A DNA stretch of 43,349 nt, taken from the IMG/VR virus record IMGVR_UViG_2541047690_000002, one strand, 5' to 3'. The position numbers were made by a program, and so were the translations under genes. A model generated the notes under the pieces. The model ran no database searches, was not told where the DNA came from, and worked only from the letters and a program-made list of their open reading frames with translations. This DNA comes from a virus (taxonomy: Duplodnaviria > Heunggongvirae > Uroviricota > Caudoviricetes). Below are positions 43,116 to 43,349 of this stretch, piece by piece (position 1 is the stretch's first letter; the number at the start of each line of letters is the position of its first letter).

Positions 43116-43349
43116 ATGCGTAAAGTTTGTGCAGCCATTTTGTCCGCAGCCATTTGTCTGGCCGTATCCGGTGCGCCTGCATGGGCATCTGAACATCAGT
43201 CCACGCTGAGCGCGGGGTATCTTCATGCCCGGACCAACGTTCCCGGCAGCGATGATCTGAACGGGATTAACGTGAAATACCGTTATGAGTTTACGGACAC
43301 ACTGGGGCTGGTGACGTCATTCAGCTATGCAGGAGACAAGAATCGCCAG
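43116..43349 (+). CDS. lom: Outer-membrane protein Lom (Ail/Lom family), 3'-truncated by window end
   Basis: ATG at 43116 with GAGAGG SD; signal peptide MRKVCAAILSAAICLAVSGAPAWA and beta-barrel start matching lambda Lom; window ends after 78 codons. Confidence 0.88.
   Translation, partial: MRKVCAAILSAAICLAVSGAPAWASEHQSTLSAGYLHARTNVPGSDDLNGINVKYRYEFTDTLGLVTSFSYAGDKNRQ

Overview
The window is the left junction and about 42 kb of a lambda-like (lambdoid) prophage integrated next to the host tRNA-Thr gene (thrW) downstream of proA, in an Escherichia-type genome. Identification rests on reading the ORF-track translations against protein sequences I recall from phage lambda, P22 and E. coli DLP12; no database search was run. 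The prophage is mosaic: a P22-type integrase/excisionase, lambda-type Exo/Bet/Gam, a non-lambda immunity region (LexA-like CI plus a YdaS-like Cro), lambda O/P replication genes with in-gene iterons, a DLP12-like nin/rusA/Q/porin/lysis block, then cos and a near-complete lambda-like head-tail gene set running to lom, which is cut by the window end. Three things stand out. (1) An AT-rich two-gene cassette sits directly downstream of cI in the rexA/rexB position: a 341-aa protein with no recognisable motif plus a 149-aa four-helix membrane protein. This is my best candidate for an undescribed repressor-linked exclusion or abortive-infection system. (2) A second AT-rich operon is inserted antisense between P and ninB: a 595-aa ABC-type ATPase translationally coupled to a 401-aa HNH-motif protein (Septu-like architecture, atypical HNH partner). 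(3) An IS66-family element with a perfect 8-bp target duplication splits the portal gene B, so the prophage is probably packaging-defective. No recognisable N antiterminator is present between the leftward operator region and the cassette in (1).
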